This document shows, in pieces, positions 11,641 to 24,250 of a stretch of 64,000 bases of DNA. Origin of the DNA: Rhina ancylostomus (Eukaryota); NCBI GenBank assembly GCA_030265395.1, contig JARFYF010000112.1:74323529-74387528 (forward strand), written 5' to 3'. The notes under the pieces are model-generated. The model worked only from the letters and a program-made list of their open reading frames with translations. It was not told the origin of the DNA and ran no database searches. Both the position numbers and the translations under genes were made by a program. Within the stretch, counting starts at the first letter, position 1; each line of letters starts with the position of its first letter.

Positions 11641-13199
11641 TTCTGCCTTCTGCCTCCTTGGAAGCTCTTAAGACATAGTGAAGTTGTCTTCACCTATAAT
11701 ACTTTGAATAGATCAAAGTTTTTTTGCAGCTCAGAATGGATATGAATGTCCCACTTAATCTAGGCATGGGTCATGGAGTATCCCTTGGACTGACAGTCTT
11801 CTCCTATAATTTCAAACCTCTTTTCTGATAACTACACTGAAGCCTGTGGAAGTGATACACGGACTTTGCAGGCACAAACCACCTGGCATTTTTTTTTTGC
11901 TCCATGAGCTAAATTTTTATCCTTCTAATTTACATATAATTACTTTATGTCTGAACAACAGAAGCATTGTATTCCTCAATGGGTAAGTTTCTTTGGGAAG
12001 AATTTGAGTAAACTTGACAACCATCTCTAGTTCATGGATCACTGGAAAACCAGCTACTTGGTGGTTCCTGTCACTGATGTCCAAAGTGAATCCTTGTGTC
12101 CTCCTATTTGATCTTGCATCTACTTTAAAGATTTTTGTCCATTTGAGAACTCCAAAATTGACGCATTATATTCTAGACATTGATCTGATCTAAATATTTA
12201 TATGACGTCACTGTAAATCAATCCTTCCTCTAATTCATGCCTTAGTTTTATAAAGCAAAGGTGGTTCAGCTACTTGTGTTCCTTTTCCTTCGGGGAAAAC
12301 TGTAGCTTTTGCTAGCTTTAGCCAAATATATGGTGGAAATAGTAACTTTGCTATGAGCAAATGATGCCACTTCCCTGGCAACAAATCCTAACTCAGCCAG
12401 ATGAGTTCAATCACCTTCATGTTCCCTCCAGTATTCAATGAAAACCCAAGTTCCTTTGTTCACCAGTGTATTCAAGCATATGCAAGGAAGTCACCTAAAG
12501 ATCCAGAATGACTTTTAACATTTGAAATGGTGCAGTGTTTATTGTACTCTTCACATAATTACACGTGACCTGTTGTCCTATTCCAAGGTTGCACAGCATG
12601 GATGAACATTTTTCTGGACTAAGGTTCCGATGCTATCATTTCTTCAACCAGAGATGAAGTCTCTAACCCAGCAATATATTTATTTATAATAATGTCCTTT
12701 GATTCAGCTGATCAGTATTGCACCCCCATGTCATTTGTTGTAACAACTGACATGTTATTAGCAGCCACCTTTGCTTCTGAAACAATCTCCCCTCTCTCTC
12801 CACATTCCTATCAAGGGGAATCATCTTGGAAATGATTCCATTTGGAGCATTGGGTCATTTATAGAAACTAGGTCTGACTTATTAAATAGGATGAGGACAT
12901 CTGCTCTTATAAGATTTTTACCAACAGCAACATCCCCAAGTGCCATTTAAAACAAAGCACTTCCAGTAGTGTTGCAGAAGCCTTGGTCCTTGCACTGGAC
13001 GNNNNNNNNNNNNNNNNNNNNNNNNNNNNNNNNNNNNNNNNNNATACTCCACTTCCCCCCCCCCCCCCCACCCCCCACTACAGTGGGACCATTCAAGCTG
13101 GAGTGAAACTGAATTTGGTAATAATGTGGAAGTCTTACTTGGTGGGGGAAGATAGATGCTTCGTAATCCTCTGAATGAAATCAAAATATTTTTATCTAT

Positions 13200-14180
13200 C
13201 TGATGCCAGGATATTTTCTAGGGATTAGAGAAGAATGAAGTAGGGCCAACAATGTGGATGAGACAAGGTGGTTCTGCCAAAGGAATGGGGTAACATGCAT
13301 CCAAATTGTAAAAGCAGAATCACGAAAGTGGTGATCTCTTGATTATTACCTGGGCAGCAATGCAAATTGGCCCAAGGCAAATAAACTCAGAATTGAATGT
13401 GTGGCTCAAAGACTTGGGGGAGAGAAGAGTATTGTATGAGGGAAAGGAAGAGTTACTCTGGGACCAATGCCCTGGCAAATTCAATAACTGGGGCTGTAGA
13501 TGAGGCCTTTAAATAACTTAGGAAGTGGGGAAAGGTGTTCCCAGTGAGGAGAAATTTAAAAGTTAAAGCAAGGACAAAGTGAGTGTAGGATAGCAAAATG
13601 GAAAATGATAGCTGGAGTCTCAAAGGGACAGAGCATACAATCATGATGGCATGCTCCCCCAGTGAGCCAGAGTAGAGAAAAAGACAGACAAAATAGTGAG
13701 CTCTGTATTTGTAGCAAGGCAGTTGGATTAATAGCCTAATAGATTAATATACAACTTCTAATAGTATCCTGTGTTTATGGATGAGCACACAAAAGGTAAT
13801 GCTGCAAGCACAGGACACCCTGCATAAATTTGGTAAACCATAATTTGCTGCTAATTTGAAGTGCAAATTTGCAGAGTATGTGAAAGATGATTCCTCCAAA
13901 GTACTGGTCAAGAGAATAGGCTATTTTGGATCTGGTATTAAAATGAAAAATAATTGGTTAAAAATCTGGTGGCTTGGGGAACAGTGATAATATGATTTTT
14001 TTTTCTTAAATAAGAATTGAAAGTGATTTGATTCAAACTGAAACAGAGGTCTTGAATCTGACTAAAGCAAACTATGAAGATGAGGTGAGAATTGGCTCTG
14101 ATAGATTGGGAAACTGCTTTAAAAGACTTGACTAAATGAGAAATAGCTAATATTTTAAAGGGTTTTGCATGTAATATCCT
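13200..14180 (+). mobile_element. Decayed CR1 LINE, 5' part (end of ORF1 and start of ORF2)
   Basis: CR1-like segments gtggtgatctcttgattattacc...gaatgtgtggctcaaagac and aggtcttgaatctgactaaagcaaactatgaag...gatagattggg. Confidence 0.5.
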
Positions 14181-14303
14181 TTTTGGGGGGGGGGGTAAGG
14201 TCCAGCAGAGGCATCATGAAGTTATAGTATTAGATGAAAGCAAAGGTGTAGACTCTTAAATGTAGTAAGCATGAGGACTGAACTTCATAATTTAGCAAAG
14301 GCA

Positions 14304-14505
14304 GGCACAGTAGTGTAGCAGTTAGTGTAATGCTATTACAGCACCATGACCAGTGTTCAATTCTGGCCACTGTCTGTAAGGAGTTTGAATGTTCTTCCCT
14401 GTCTGTGTGGGTTTCCTCTGGGAGCTCTGGTTTCCTCCCACATTCCAAAGATGTACAGGTTAGGAAGTTGTGGGCATGCTGTGTTGGTGCCGGAAGCGTG
14501 GCGAC
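14304..14505 (+). mobile_element. tRNA-derived V-SINE, copy 1 (truncated by gap)
   Basis: A/B-box-like head, V-domain ggtttcctctgggagctctggtttcctcccacattccaaaga. The 3' part is identical to the copy at 16130. Confidence 0.85.
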
Positions 14506-14771
14506 ANNNNNNNNNNNNNNNNNNNNNNNNNNNNNNNNNNNNNNNNNNNNNNNNNNNNNNNNNNNNNNNNNNNNNNNNNNNNNNNNNNNNNNNNNNNNNN
14601 NNNNNNAGTGGGGGGGGGGGCAGTGGGGCAAGAAGCTCTGCAGACAGATGTGCCCAAGGAGGGCTGGAGCATGGCATCAATAATGTAGCTTCTGGGTTCA
14701 GTGCCACACAAAATTTAGTGATCTTGTAACTGGTTAGATGAATACACTTTCAAATACAGTATCCTACCGAA

Positions 14772-14935
14772 AAAACAAAAAGCTGGAGGAATTCAGTGGG
14801 TCAAACAGCATCTGTGGAGGCAAAGGGATGGCCAGTGTCTCAGGTTGAGACCCTGCACTAGGATCTCATCGAAATGTTGATCATCCCTCCACCTCCACAG
14901 ATGCTGCTTGACCTGCTGAGTTCCTCCTGCAGTCT
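14772..14935. mobile_element. Palindromic (fold-back) short element, probably derived from Penelope-like terminal repeats
   Basis: gctggaggaattcagtgggtcaaacagcatctgtggagg pairs imperfectly with cctccacagatgctgcttgacctgctgagttcctcctgc. Confidence 0.7.
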
Positions 14936-15189
14936 CTTGCCCCTGCACTGTATCCTACCAACTGTAGCACGCATCTTGGATGTTGCTCATTTCACCGCAC
15001 TTCCATCATTCACAACCAGCAGTCTCTCAGTTAGTAAAGTCCTATCCCTAACATCCTTATTCACACTTGTAGTACTGCTGTTAAGTCTCACACTCCATCT
15101 CACATCCTGTTTGCTATTCAGTGATGACACTTAAGCAACAATAGACCTTCACTGCTGGCCTTGAAAATGACAGCTACATCCCATGAAAG

Positions 15190-16090
15190 AATTTTTTTAA
15201 ATCTCCTCATCAGTCTTGCACATGGGATTTTGTCATACACCTTGCTAAAGTCCATGTTGATTACATTAAATATGTTCCTGTTATTGTTCCTCTTTGTTGC
15301 CTTCTCAAACAATTCAATCAAGTTAGTCAGGCGTGACCTTCCTTTAACAAATCCTTGATTAATCCATCTCTCTCTAAATGCTAATATATGTTGTCCCTCA
15401 AAATTTTTGCCAATAATTTGTCCACCAATGTAAGGCTAACAGTCCTTTTTTTTAAACAACAGTACCATATTAGTTATCTTTCAGCCATCGAGTACCGTAC
15501 CTGTCATTGAAGAGGACTGGAAGCTGACAATGAGAGCTTGGACTCTGTCCTGCTTTGCTTCTTTAAGGAGCCTGGGATTCATTTTATTGTGATTTTGGCA
15601 ATTTTTCCACTTTCAAAGATGTTTGAACCCTTAATGTGTCCTCTCTCTTTCTGTTTACCATTTCTAGAAATTCATTTTACTCCTCTTTTATGTCCAAGTC
15701 TGCATCAACACCTTCTGTGAACATGGACACAAAGTATTCATTTAGAATTGCACACTCAGGCTAACAATTCAATCTAATAATAACATCTACTTTGACTTCA
15801 TTATACTTTCCCTTTGCATATTTAAAAAGAATCTTCTGATTTCTTTTCTTAAACGTGCATTTTTTTTTATAAACTCTCTTTGCCTTCATGCTTTATTTGA
15901 AAGAACTTCATCCCTGCACCTTCAGTGCTCCAGCTTTCTTCCATCGTGAATTTTTGTATTTGTCATGCTTCCTTTTTTGCCCTTTCCTACTCTGAATATT
16001 CTGCAATGTCAAGGGAGTGTAGATTTGAGAGTTCGCACCTTATTTGATTATGAATCTATTTGGCTTTACCTCTCATTATGTCCTCCCCAA
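15190..16090 (-). mobile_element. Decayed CR1 LINE ORF2 fragment
   Basis: ORF 15118-15321 (-) IELFEKATK...NVINMDFSKVYDKIPCARL matches the CR1 RT motif D(F)SKAFDKVPH. Confidence 0.7.
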
Positions 16091-16129
16091 ATGCTTTCCA
16101 GTGTCGTAGCAATGATCTTTCTTCAAGTA

Positions 16130-16408
16130 GGCGCGGTAGTGGTTAGCATAACCCTTTACAGCACCAGTGACCAGGGTTCAGTTCTGGCCACTGTCTGTAA
16201 GGAGTTTTTACATTCTCCCCATGTCTCTGTGGGTTTCCTCCGGGTGTTCCTGTTTCCTCCCACATTCCAAAGATGTACAGGTTAGGAAGTTGTGGGCATG
16301 CTGTGTTGGTGCCGGAAGCGTGGCGACACTTGTGGGCTGCCCCCCAGAACACTCTACGCAAAAGATGCATTTCACCATGTGTTTCGATGTACATGTGACT
16401 AAAAGATC
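16130..16408 (+). mobile_element. tRNA-derived V-SINE, copy 2 (near full length)
   Basis: Head ggcgcggtagtggttagc...ccagggttcagttctggcc, V-domain gggtttcctccgggtgttcctgtttcctcccac, tail ...tgtgtttcgatgtacatgtgactaaaag. Confidence 0.88.
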
Positions 16409-16599
16409 CCTTTTAGTTGGTAAAGGGAAAATAGAATACAGTAATAGTCCTGCAAAATACATAAACACTGACTGTAAACACTCCTACAAATGTAGGTCAG
16501 CAAAAATTGTCAGTTCTTTGCAATTGAGATGGGAAATGGCAGAAATATTGTCATTATGGATCCTTTATCAGAAATACTGAAGATGTATAAATTTAAAGT

Positions 16600-17970
16600 C
16601 AATGAGGATTAAAGGCATTAGTGCTAGGCATTTAAAACAAAATAAAATTGGAGAAATTAATGGGACTGAAGGTGGTGATTAAATTTTCAGGACCTAGTGG
16701 ACTGATTCCTTGGACTTCGGCAGGGGTAGCTACAGAGCTGGTGGATGCATTGGTTGTAATCTTTAAAATTCCATGAACTTTAGATTTTCACAAATTGGAA
16801 AGCAGCAAATGTAATTTTTGAGGCAAGAAGAAATCTGGGAACAGATCAATTATTCTGACAGTATTAGGAAAAAGGCTAGAATCTATTAAAGCAATAGAAA
16901 GGTACTTAAAACAGGATTGGACATAATCCACATGGATTTATTGCAAAAGGAATTGGTTTACACAAATCTGTAGTTGTAACTAGTGGAATACAGTGGAAAC
17001 AAATGGTATATTTGGAGTTTTGGAAGCTGTTGATAAAATGCTACAATTTTTGTGGATGAAAGATCAGTTATTGGATAGAGGAACAAAGTGCCATTTTTGA
17101 GTAGACACTGAATAATGGGGTGTTGGTGGGGTCCAGCTGTTTCAAATCAATGATTTAGATTAATGGGGGGATTATATAATATATTCAAACTTTCTACTGA
17201 TTTTAAAGATGTCTGGCAATGTGGCCTGTGAGGACAATGCTGAGGATTAAGTGAATTGGTGAAGACAGCAAATGGAATATGTGGAAAATGAAGCGAGAAT
17301 TGCCAGAAAATAAAGGTTTTTAAATGGTGACATTGAAGTGTTGGTGTTCAGAAGGACTGTGCATGGATCACTGAAGGGTAACATTGATATAGAAAAGTAT
17401 TTGAATATTGTGTATGGGTTTGGTCTCTGTACCTACAAGTGATAGAGGGAGTACAACAAATATTTGCCAATGATCCCTAGGATAGGGGTCTCTCCTAATG
17501 AAGAGGTACTTGGCAGATTGGCTTAGCAGGTTGGATATCATCTGTGGGACGTTAATGTTTCAGGCCAAAGACCCTTCTTTAGAACTGGAAAAAATGAGAA
17601 GACAACTTAGTAATTACAAATTAGTAAAACCCTGAAATTTTACAGATTAAGTGATTGCATTGAAATGCACAAAATTCTTGGCTTATCTTGTGTGAAGTGG
17701 GTGTTGGTGCAAGGAGGTTTTCTTGGCTATGGTTTGGAGGTAGAGTTGATCATTCAGGACAGATGGGAAGAAATTTCTTCAGGGTTGTGAATTTTTGGAA
17801 TTCTGTATTTGAAGGATCTGGACACAGTTGAGGATATTTGAGACTTAGATATTTGGATAATAAGGGAATTGTGAAATAAGAGACTAGCACTAGAAAGTCT
17901 GAGAAAAGCTGATGATCCAATATTGGAACAGGTGGAATAAACTGCATAACTAACTCCTACATCTTATGCA
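16600..17970 (+). mobile_element. Decayed CR1 LINE ORF2 and 3' end
   Basis: ggagaaattaatgggactgaagg...ggatgcattggttgtaatcttt...aaatttcttcagggttgtgaatttttggaattctg...actcctacatcttatg is collinear with CR1 ORF2 and its 3'UTR. It probably continues the 13200-14180 copy. Confidence 0.65.
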
Positions 17971-20114
17971 CGTTGTTTTTTTAGGACATGGCACATCCAC
18001 CATCAAGGCTGCCTTTGAATAAAGTTCTGAAGTAGCCACTTCAATTCTGCCCACTTCATAAAATCAAAGACTAATGTAGTTTCAAAGTTGCTATATTGCA
18101 CACTTAAGATGAACTGAGAATTTGGAAAAGAATGTGACTTAAATTTGCAAAGTGTTTAGCAAAATGTTCATAAATGATTATTGTTACTGAATACACCCAC
18201 TTTACACCAAATGGTAGCAAGCCAGAGATTTAATGGCCTGGAACTGTGAAAAATGGCACCAGTTCAGCACTCAATGCCACTAAGTTTCCCACAAGTCTGG
18301 AACCTACTGGCTTGCCAACTTACCAATTCTGGTTTGATGTTAAACTCTAGGGAAATCTGCCTGGTAAACCTGTGCTAGACTAAACTTTTAAATGGCAGTG
18401 ACGGACCAAGGCAAGCGCAAACTGAATTTTTTAAGTCTAAATTCCTCTTTTGAATGTCCTGACATTAAAACCCTGACCATTCGGACAGTTGGTTAAACCT
18501 AGACGTGGCTTAGCCAGCTGTTTTGTGTTTTGGGACAGGGTTTGTTCTTGGTGATACTCCTTCCTTAACAAGATCTGTACATTCAAAACCATGCTGCACT
18601 GCCTAGTTCTGCAACAGACTTGCTGCCTTGAGCAGCATCTACAGCGGTGGGTTTGAAGGCAAGTCTGTACTTGTAGGTTTTCATGCATTGTATAGCCCTG
18701 GTTCAGCAGTTCTAGCCCATGTACCCAAATGATTATAACTTCAAAAGCCAAGGACACAAGGGAAGTGCAGTCCAGCTGAAAGCCGTGGAATATATTAGTA
18801 ACTATTGTAGTTCATGCCTCTAAATCTATTTAGTTTGTTTCTTCCCCACAAAGTCTGCTACACCATGCTGAAATGCTACATAACTTGGATCTGGACTTCA
18901 TTTGCTGACACTGACATTTACTGTGCTTCTGTTGACTTGCCACAGCTTTTCTTATTGCTTCAGAGCAACTGGTAAAACTGTCCATGGATGTTTTCACCAT
19001 ATCTCTTGACCATAAATTGAAGATCCAGTATACCGAAAGAGATGGTGATTTATTCTGGGAACAGATTTGATTTGGTTGCCATGCTGTTTCTGTTAACAGT
19101 TTTAAATCTACTTTAAGATTTTGTCCAGAATAGTCTGCATTACTATAAATCAAAGATGGAGAATTTTCATGTTAATCAAAGGCTTTTCTTGTTTAAGGCT
19201 GCCATTTGACTTCAATTGCAGGATTTTACGACTGCTTTCTTGAAGCATGCCTTGTGTTCTGTCGAGTAGAATTTGTTAATCTTGTTTAGATCTTAGTCCC
19301 ATGATTTCAGATCCTATGATGACACTGCTGACTGTTTCATTGTGGAACAGCTGTATTGCTTTAGTTCGGTCAATTAAAAGGGCAACTACCATGAATAAAA
19401 CATGCAGATTTCTTGCAAATCTAAATGGCTACTCGGTTCATTTAAGTCTTAAATAATCCTAATAGTAACTAATCGTAACTGCTATTCCTAAACCACCACC
19501 AGCTCTTGATGCAAAACATGCTTTTTCTTGCAGTGCATTCCCACCACAAACTTTTTCTTTTATATTAATCTTCACTGGTAAATGTCTGCAAACTGTGTAA
19601 CCAGAAAATTAGCACTACTGAATACTTTTCTGACTTTATAATCAAGCAAATTGTACAGTTAATGTCTTTAGACTGTATTGGGACATGAATATGTTCCAAG
19701 TTTATTTTTGGGAAGGTGCATTGCATACAGAGCCTTCCTGCATTTTGGACTGTTGGACCAAAGCAGGTACACCTCTTGACTCTTGAATAATTGTATGAAC
19801 AGAAAGTAGCATCTTTCATGCCCAAAGGTCTTGATATCTGGCTCACTGAACTTGCAATTGTACCCTGTCCTGATATGATTTTTAAATTTGAGTGTCATGT
19901 CACTGATACTGATTCCAGTCAGAAGGCACAGATGGAATAGTAGGAGGGAAAATGGTATAGTACCTTACAAGTTCATCAGATAGTGGTGGGGAGGAGGGGT
20001 GGAAAAACATAGGGAGAGATATTGGTGACAGTCTGATTTGCTTTTGATTTTTGCTGCTGTTGATGCTTTTGTATTACTTGAGGGAAATCTACTGCAGTAG
20101 TAAGGGGCAAAAAA

Positions 20115-20668
20115 CCAAACTTCAAGGAATTTGAGCAGCCTCTGGAGGGAAATGGACAGGCAATGTTTTTGCTCAAGACCCTTCCTCTGGGCTGAAGGAT
20201 AGAGGGGAGATAGCCAGTATAAAATCTGAGGGGAAGGGATGAAGCAAGAGGTGGCAAGTGATAGGTGGATCCAGATGAGGAGGAGTGATAAGCAGATGGA
20301 TCTTTCCCAATACTCCAACTGGGTTCCCTTTTTTCTCCACTCCCTCCACTGTTCCCACCTGCCTACCCCTCCTTTTTCTGTTCCATTCTTCACCTTCCTC
20401 TCCGATTCCATCTGCAGCCCTTCTACCTATCACCTTCCAGCCTCTGTTATTTCCACCTTCCCCTCCTTCTGCTAATCACTGCTCCTCAGCTGGATCCACC
20501 TATCACTCCCCAGCTCTTGCCTTTTACCTTGGCTATCTCCCCTCTATTTACAGTCCAGATGAGGGTTTTGACCCAAAACATCAACTATCCATTTCTCTCC
20601 ACAGATGCTGTATAACCTACTGAGTTCCTCCATGCTTTTTCTCCAGATTCCAGCATCTGCAGTCTTAT
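20115..20668. mobile_element. Long fold-back element (Penelope-like terminal repeats in inverted orientation)
   Basis: Left arm ...gatagaggggagatagccag...gtgataggtggatccag (about 20115-20280) is complementary to right arm ctggatccacctatcac...ggctatctcccctctat...cacagatgctg...ctgagttcctcc (about 20490-20635). The spacer is pyrimidine-rich. Confidence 0.75.
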
Positions 20669-21269
20669 GTCTGCAGTGGTAAGGAGAATTGCAGCTAAGT
20701 CTAGTTCTCTATTAGCCTCATGGACTTCAAGCAAGGACCATGACTACATGAAATGTTTCTGTCTGTCCTTTGATTTTCTACATCTGGAACTATGACAGTC
20801 CTAAGTACATAACTATGCCAAGGTGGATCATATTGTCAATAGTTGGCTGGAGATGATGTTTGGGTTGATTACCAATGGTGCTAGATGCTTGTGTGAATCC
20901 CATGGCTCAGCTGACTGCCCAGGCTTCTGCCTGTGCTGGCATTGCTGAAAAATCTGTTTGCTGTTATCCAGAAATGAAGATCTGGGCTTGCCTTGATGGA
21001 CCAAACACTATACATATTTGACTTTATGGAATTTCTTCATCATTCATCTTGAATTGACTATTGCTTTTCCTCTTGTATCCAACATGGAACTGATTTGCGT
21101 GCTCCCATTAAGTTTTAGTTGATCATTAACAAAGTGGATTAAAAATCTGAAGGGTTATTTGCTATTCCATTTGTAATGTAATTTGATTTGGTTGTTGGGG
21201 TGATGGTTAGTGATTTGTATTTTTCCTCTTCAAAGCAAAAAATTTTTTTAAAACTTCTTCTCTTTCTAG

Positions 21270-21550
21270 GACAGGAGCGGTTTGGTAACATGACTCGAGT
21301 TTACTACCGGGAAGCAGTGGGGGCATTTATTGTCTTTGATGTATCCAGAGCATCAACATTTGAAGCTGTTTCAAAATGGAAGAATGATCTTGACTCTAAA
21401 GTGAGGCTGCAGAATGGCAGGCCTGTGCCTGCAGTCTTATTGGCAAACAAATGTGACCAGGCTAAGGAGGGACTGACCAACACTTTGCCCAAGCTGGATC
21501 AGTTCTGTAAAGACAATGGCTTCATTGCCTGGTTTGAGACATCAGCGAAG
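21270..21550 (+). CDS. RAB38: Rab38/Rab32-subfamily small GTPase, coding exon 2
   Basis: Acceptor cttctctttctAG|GACAGGAG. Translation GQERFGNMTRVYYREAVGAFIVFDVSR...VLLANKCD...WFETSAK. Donor AAG|GTAAGA. The 281-nt exon keeps frame with exon 1 (202+281=483). Confidence 0.96.
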
Positions 21551-21624
21551 GTAAGAGAATTTAATTTTCCAGGGCTATTGGTGACACTTGGTGTTTTAAA
21601 TGTGGCCCGAAGTTCCTGGTTAAC

Positions 21625-22234
21625 AATGGTACAGCACAGGGGCAGGGCCTTCAGCCTATGATGTCTGTGCTGAACACGATGCTGAATTAAACTAAATCCC
21701 TTCTGCTGGTAATTATCCATCTTCACCCATTCCCTAAATATTTGTGCGTCTATCCAACAGTCTCTTAAATGCCACTATCGTATCTGCTTCCACCATTGCC
21801 CCAGTAGCCTGGTTCATGTACTTGACACGTTTTTTAAAAGCACCTGCCCCACACCTCAAACTCCACCCCCTACCATCTTAAATGCATGCCCTCCAGTAAT
21901 TGACATTTTCTAACCTGGAAAAAAGGATCTTGATCATCTACTCTATGCCTCAGCTGCTTACACTCCAGAGAGAAAAAACTAGTTTGTCCAACCACCTCTA
22001 CAGCTCATACCTTCTAAACCAGGCAGCATCCTAGTAAACCTTTTCTTCTGCACCCCTTCCAAATTCTCCACATCCTTCCTGTAATGGGGTGACCAGAATT
22101 GCACATGATCCTCCAAGTGCAGCCCAAACAATTTTTATATACAGCTGCATGATTTCGTAACTCTTGCCTTCATTGGTCAAGGCACTGAGTACAAGCATAT
22201 ACATAAGCCTCCTTTATCACCCTATATATTCGAT
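21625..22234 (-). mobile_element. CR1 LINE 3' fragment
   Basis: tacagcacagggg...ggccttcagcc 3' tail, plus caggcagcatcctagtaaacc...cacatccttcctgtaatggggtgaccagaattgc (reverse of the QFWSPHYRKDV motif). Confidence 0.8.
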
Positions 22235-22681
22235 NNNNNNNNNNNNNNNNNNNNNNNNNNNNNNNNNNNNNNNNNNNNNNNNNNNNNNNNNNNNNNNNNN
22301 NNNNNNNNNNNNNNNNNNNNNNNNNNNNNNNNNNNNNNNNNNNNNNNNNNNNNNNNNNNNNNNNNNNNNNNNNNNNNNNNNNNNNNNNNNNNNNNNNNNN
22401 NNNNNNNNNNNNNNNNNNNNNNNNNNNNNNNNNNNNNNNNNNNNNNNNNNNNNNNNNNNNNNNNNNNNNNNNNNNNNNNNNNNNNNNNNNNNNNNNNNNN
22501 NNNNNNNNNNNNNNNNNNNNNNNNNNNNNNNNNNNNNNNNNNNNNNNNNNNNNNNNNNNNNNNNNNNNNNNNNNNNNNNNNNNNNNNNNNNNNNNNNNNN
22601 NNNNNNNNNNNNNNNNNNNNNNNNNNNNNNNNNNNNNNNNNNNNNNNNNNNNNNNNNNNNNNNNNNNNNNNNNNNNNNNNN

Positions 22682-22810
22682 CCTGTGGAGGCAGAGGGGT
22701 GGTTGACATTTTCAGTTGTGACCCTGCATTTGTCCTGAAAAGCTGACCATCCTTCTGCCTCTATAGATGCTGCCTGACACAATTCCTTAGTTTTTTTTCC
22801 AACTCCAAGA
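22682..22810. mobile_element. Short fold-back element of the same family as 14772-14935
   Basis: ctgtggaggcagaggggtggttgac pairs with ctgaccatccttctgcctctatagatgctgcctgac. Confidence 0.55.
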
Positions 22811-22829
22811 TAGTGTAGGTTACCATCAT

Positions 22830-23120
22830 CCCAGGGGCTCTGGTTTCCTCCCACATTCCTAAGACTTGCAGGTTGGTAAGTAACTTGGGCAGTGTAAATA
22901 CTCCCTCGTGTTGGTAAGTGATGGAATCTTGAGTTATAGAAACGTAGAAAACCTACAGCACAATTTAGGCCCTTTGGCCCACAAAGCTGTGCTGAACACG
23001 TCCCTGCCTTTAGAAATTACTAGGCTATAGAATGTGGTCAGAATAAAGATGAATGAGTTATTGATGGCTGGTGCTGTAGGGGTAGGGAGGTTGATATAGG
23101 CCTGCTTGCAGGCTGTGTAT
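22830..23120 (+). mobile_element. V-SINE remnant interrupted by a CR1 3' tail
   Basis: gctctggtttcctcccacattcctaagacttgcaggttggtaag V-domain. A minus-strand CR1 tail lies at 22935-23032. Confidence 0.6.
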
Positions 23121-24120
23121 AGTATTTATTAAATTGGAATAAAGTTCATAGCTATAAGCACTAATATCTAAAATAAGTTTATTTCTTTAGTGAATGTGTG
23201 CCTACAAGATGCTGCTTGATCATTTTGACTCCAAACTGCTGGCAAAAGACATTAGTACTGTACTCAATTCATGTTGATGGCTTTTGGGGGGGTTGGTCAG
23301 GACCAGCTTTTTTGCAGATATTTCTTGGGCAATGGGAACAGAGTTTCACTCGGCTTCCATGGCTGATCCGGAGTGAAGGATACGGATGCACAGTAAAATG
23401 ATAAATGCAATAGAACCTGAAGTTATTAAATTTGTCACAAGTATGGCCAGATATTTTATTTGCATCCTCCAGCAAGAATACAAAAACTAGGAGAAATGAG
23501 AAGTTTTGAATATTCTCAGTTTGTGCTGGATTTTTTTATATTTTACAGTTGACCTTTTTGAATAATAGGTTCATTTAATCCCTGAAAGAAAATGAATTTT
23601 GCCCCACCAACTATCAATGGAATTGTTAAACCAACAAACAGTTCATTAACTCCAACCTGGAATCCAGTTATCCAGGAAGGAATAATGGGTGAGCTGTTCT
23701 CCCAAATGGTCTTTGCTGGAGGTGATGTAATAGTTCAATGGACATTTCTCTAACAGTGGATGGTGCAACTGTTTTCCAAACTACCTGGTGCTGAGTGAGT
23801 GGAGCTCAATGAAGTTTGCTCAACAATGAGCTGTCTTGGCCATACACAGATCCTTAAAGTTGGGGCAGGGCAAGGTTCAGGGTTCTTCCTGTCCTCTAAC
23901 ACCTCTTTTGTGAAGTCTTACATTAGGAATTAGTTGCCTTGCTTTCCCTCAAACCAATGAACTATTCAGAACCTACCCCCTCTGACTGTGGTCATACTTT
24001 TTTGAATCCTCAGACTAACACTTGAAATTATTTTCTCGTTAATCTTACACATTTGAGTAAATGGACCTGAGAAAGCTGATTTACCTTGGATTGTTTTTAA
24101 AAAAGGCCTTAGCTCTGTCT

Positions 24121-24250
24121 TAGAACACAAACATTACAGCACAGTACAGGCCCTTTTGGCCCATGATGTTGGGCTGACATTTTATCCTGCTCTAAGATCT
24201 ATTTAATCCTTCCCTCCCACATAGCTCTCCATTTCTCTATCATTCACATG
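24121..24250 (-). mobile_element. CR1 LINE 3' tail
   Basis: agaacacaaacattacagcacagtacaggcccttttggcccatgatgttg is the reverse complement of the same tail type that ends the CR1 at 59340-59397. Confidence 0.75.

Noticed and set aside
14304-14380. tRNA-like sequence (also 16130-16195)
   Set aside because: These are SINE heads with degenerate A/B boxes that continue into a V-domain. No intact cloverleaf.
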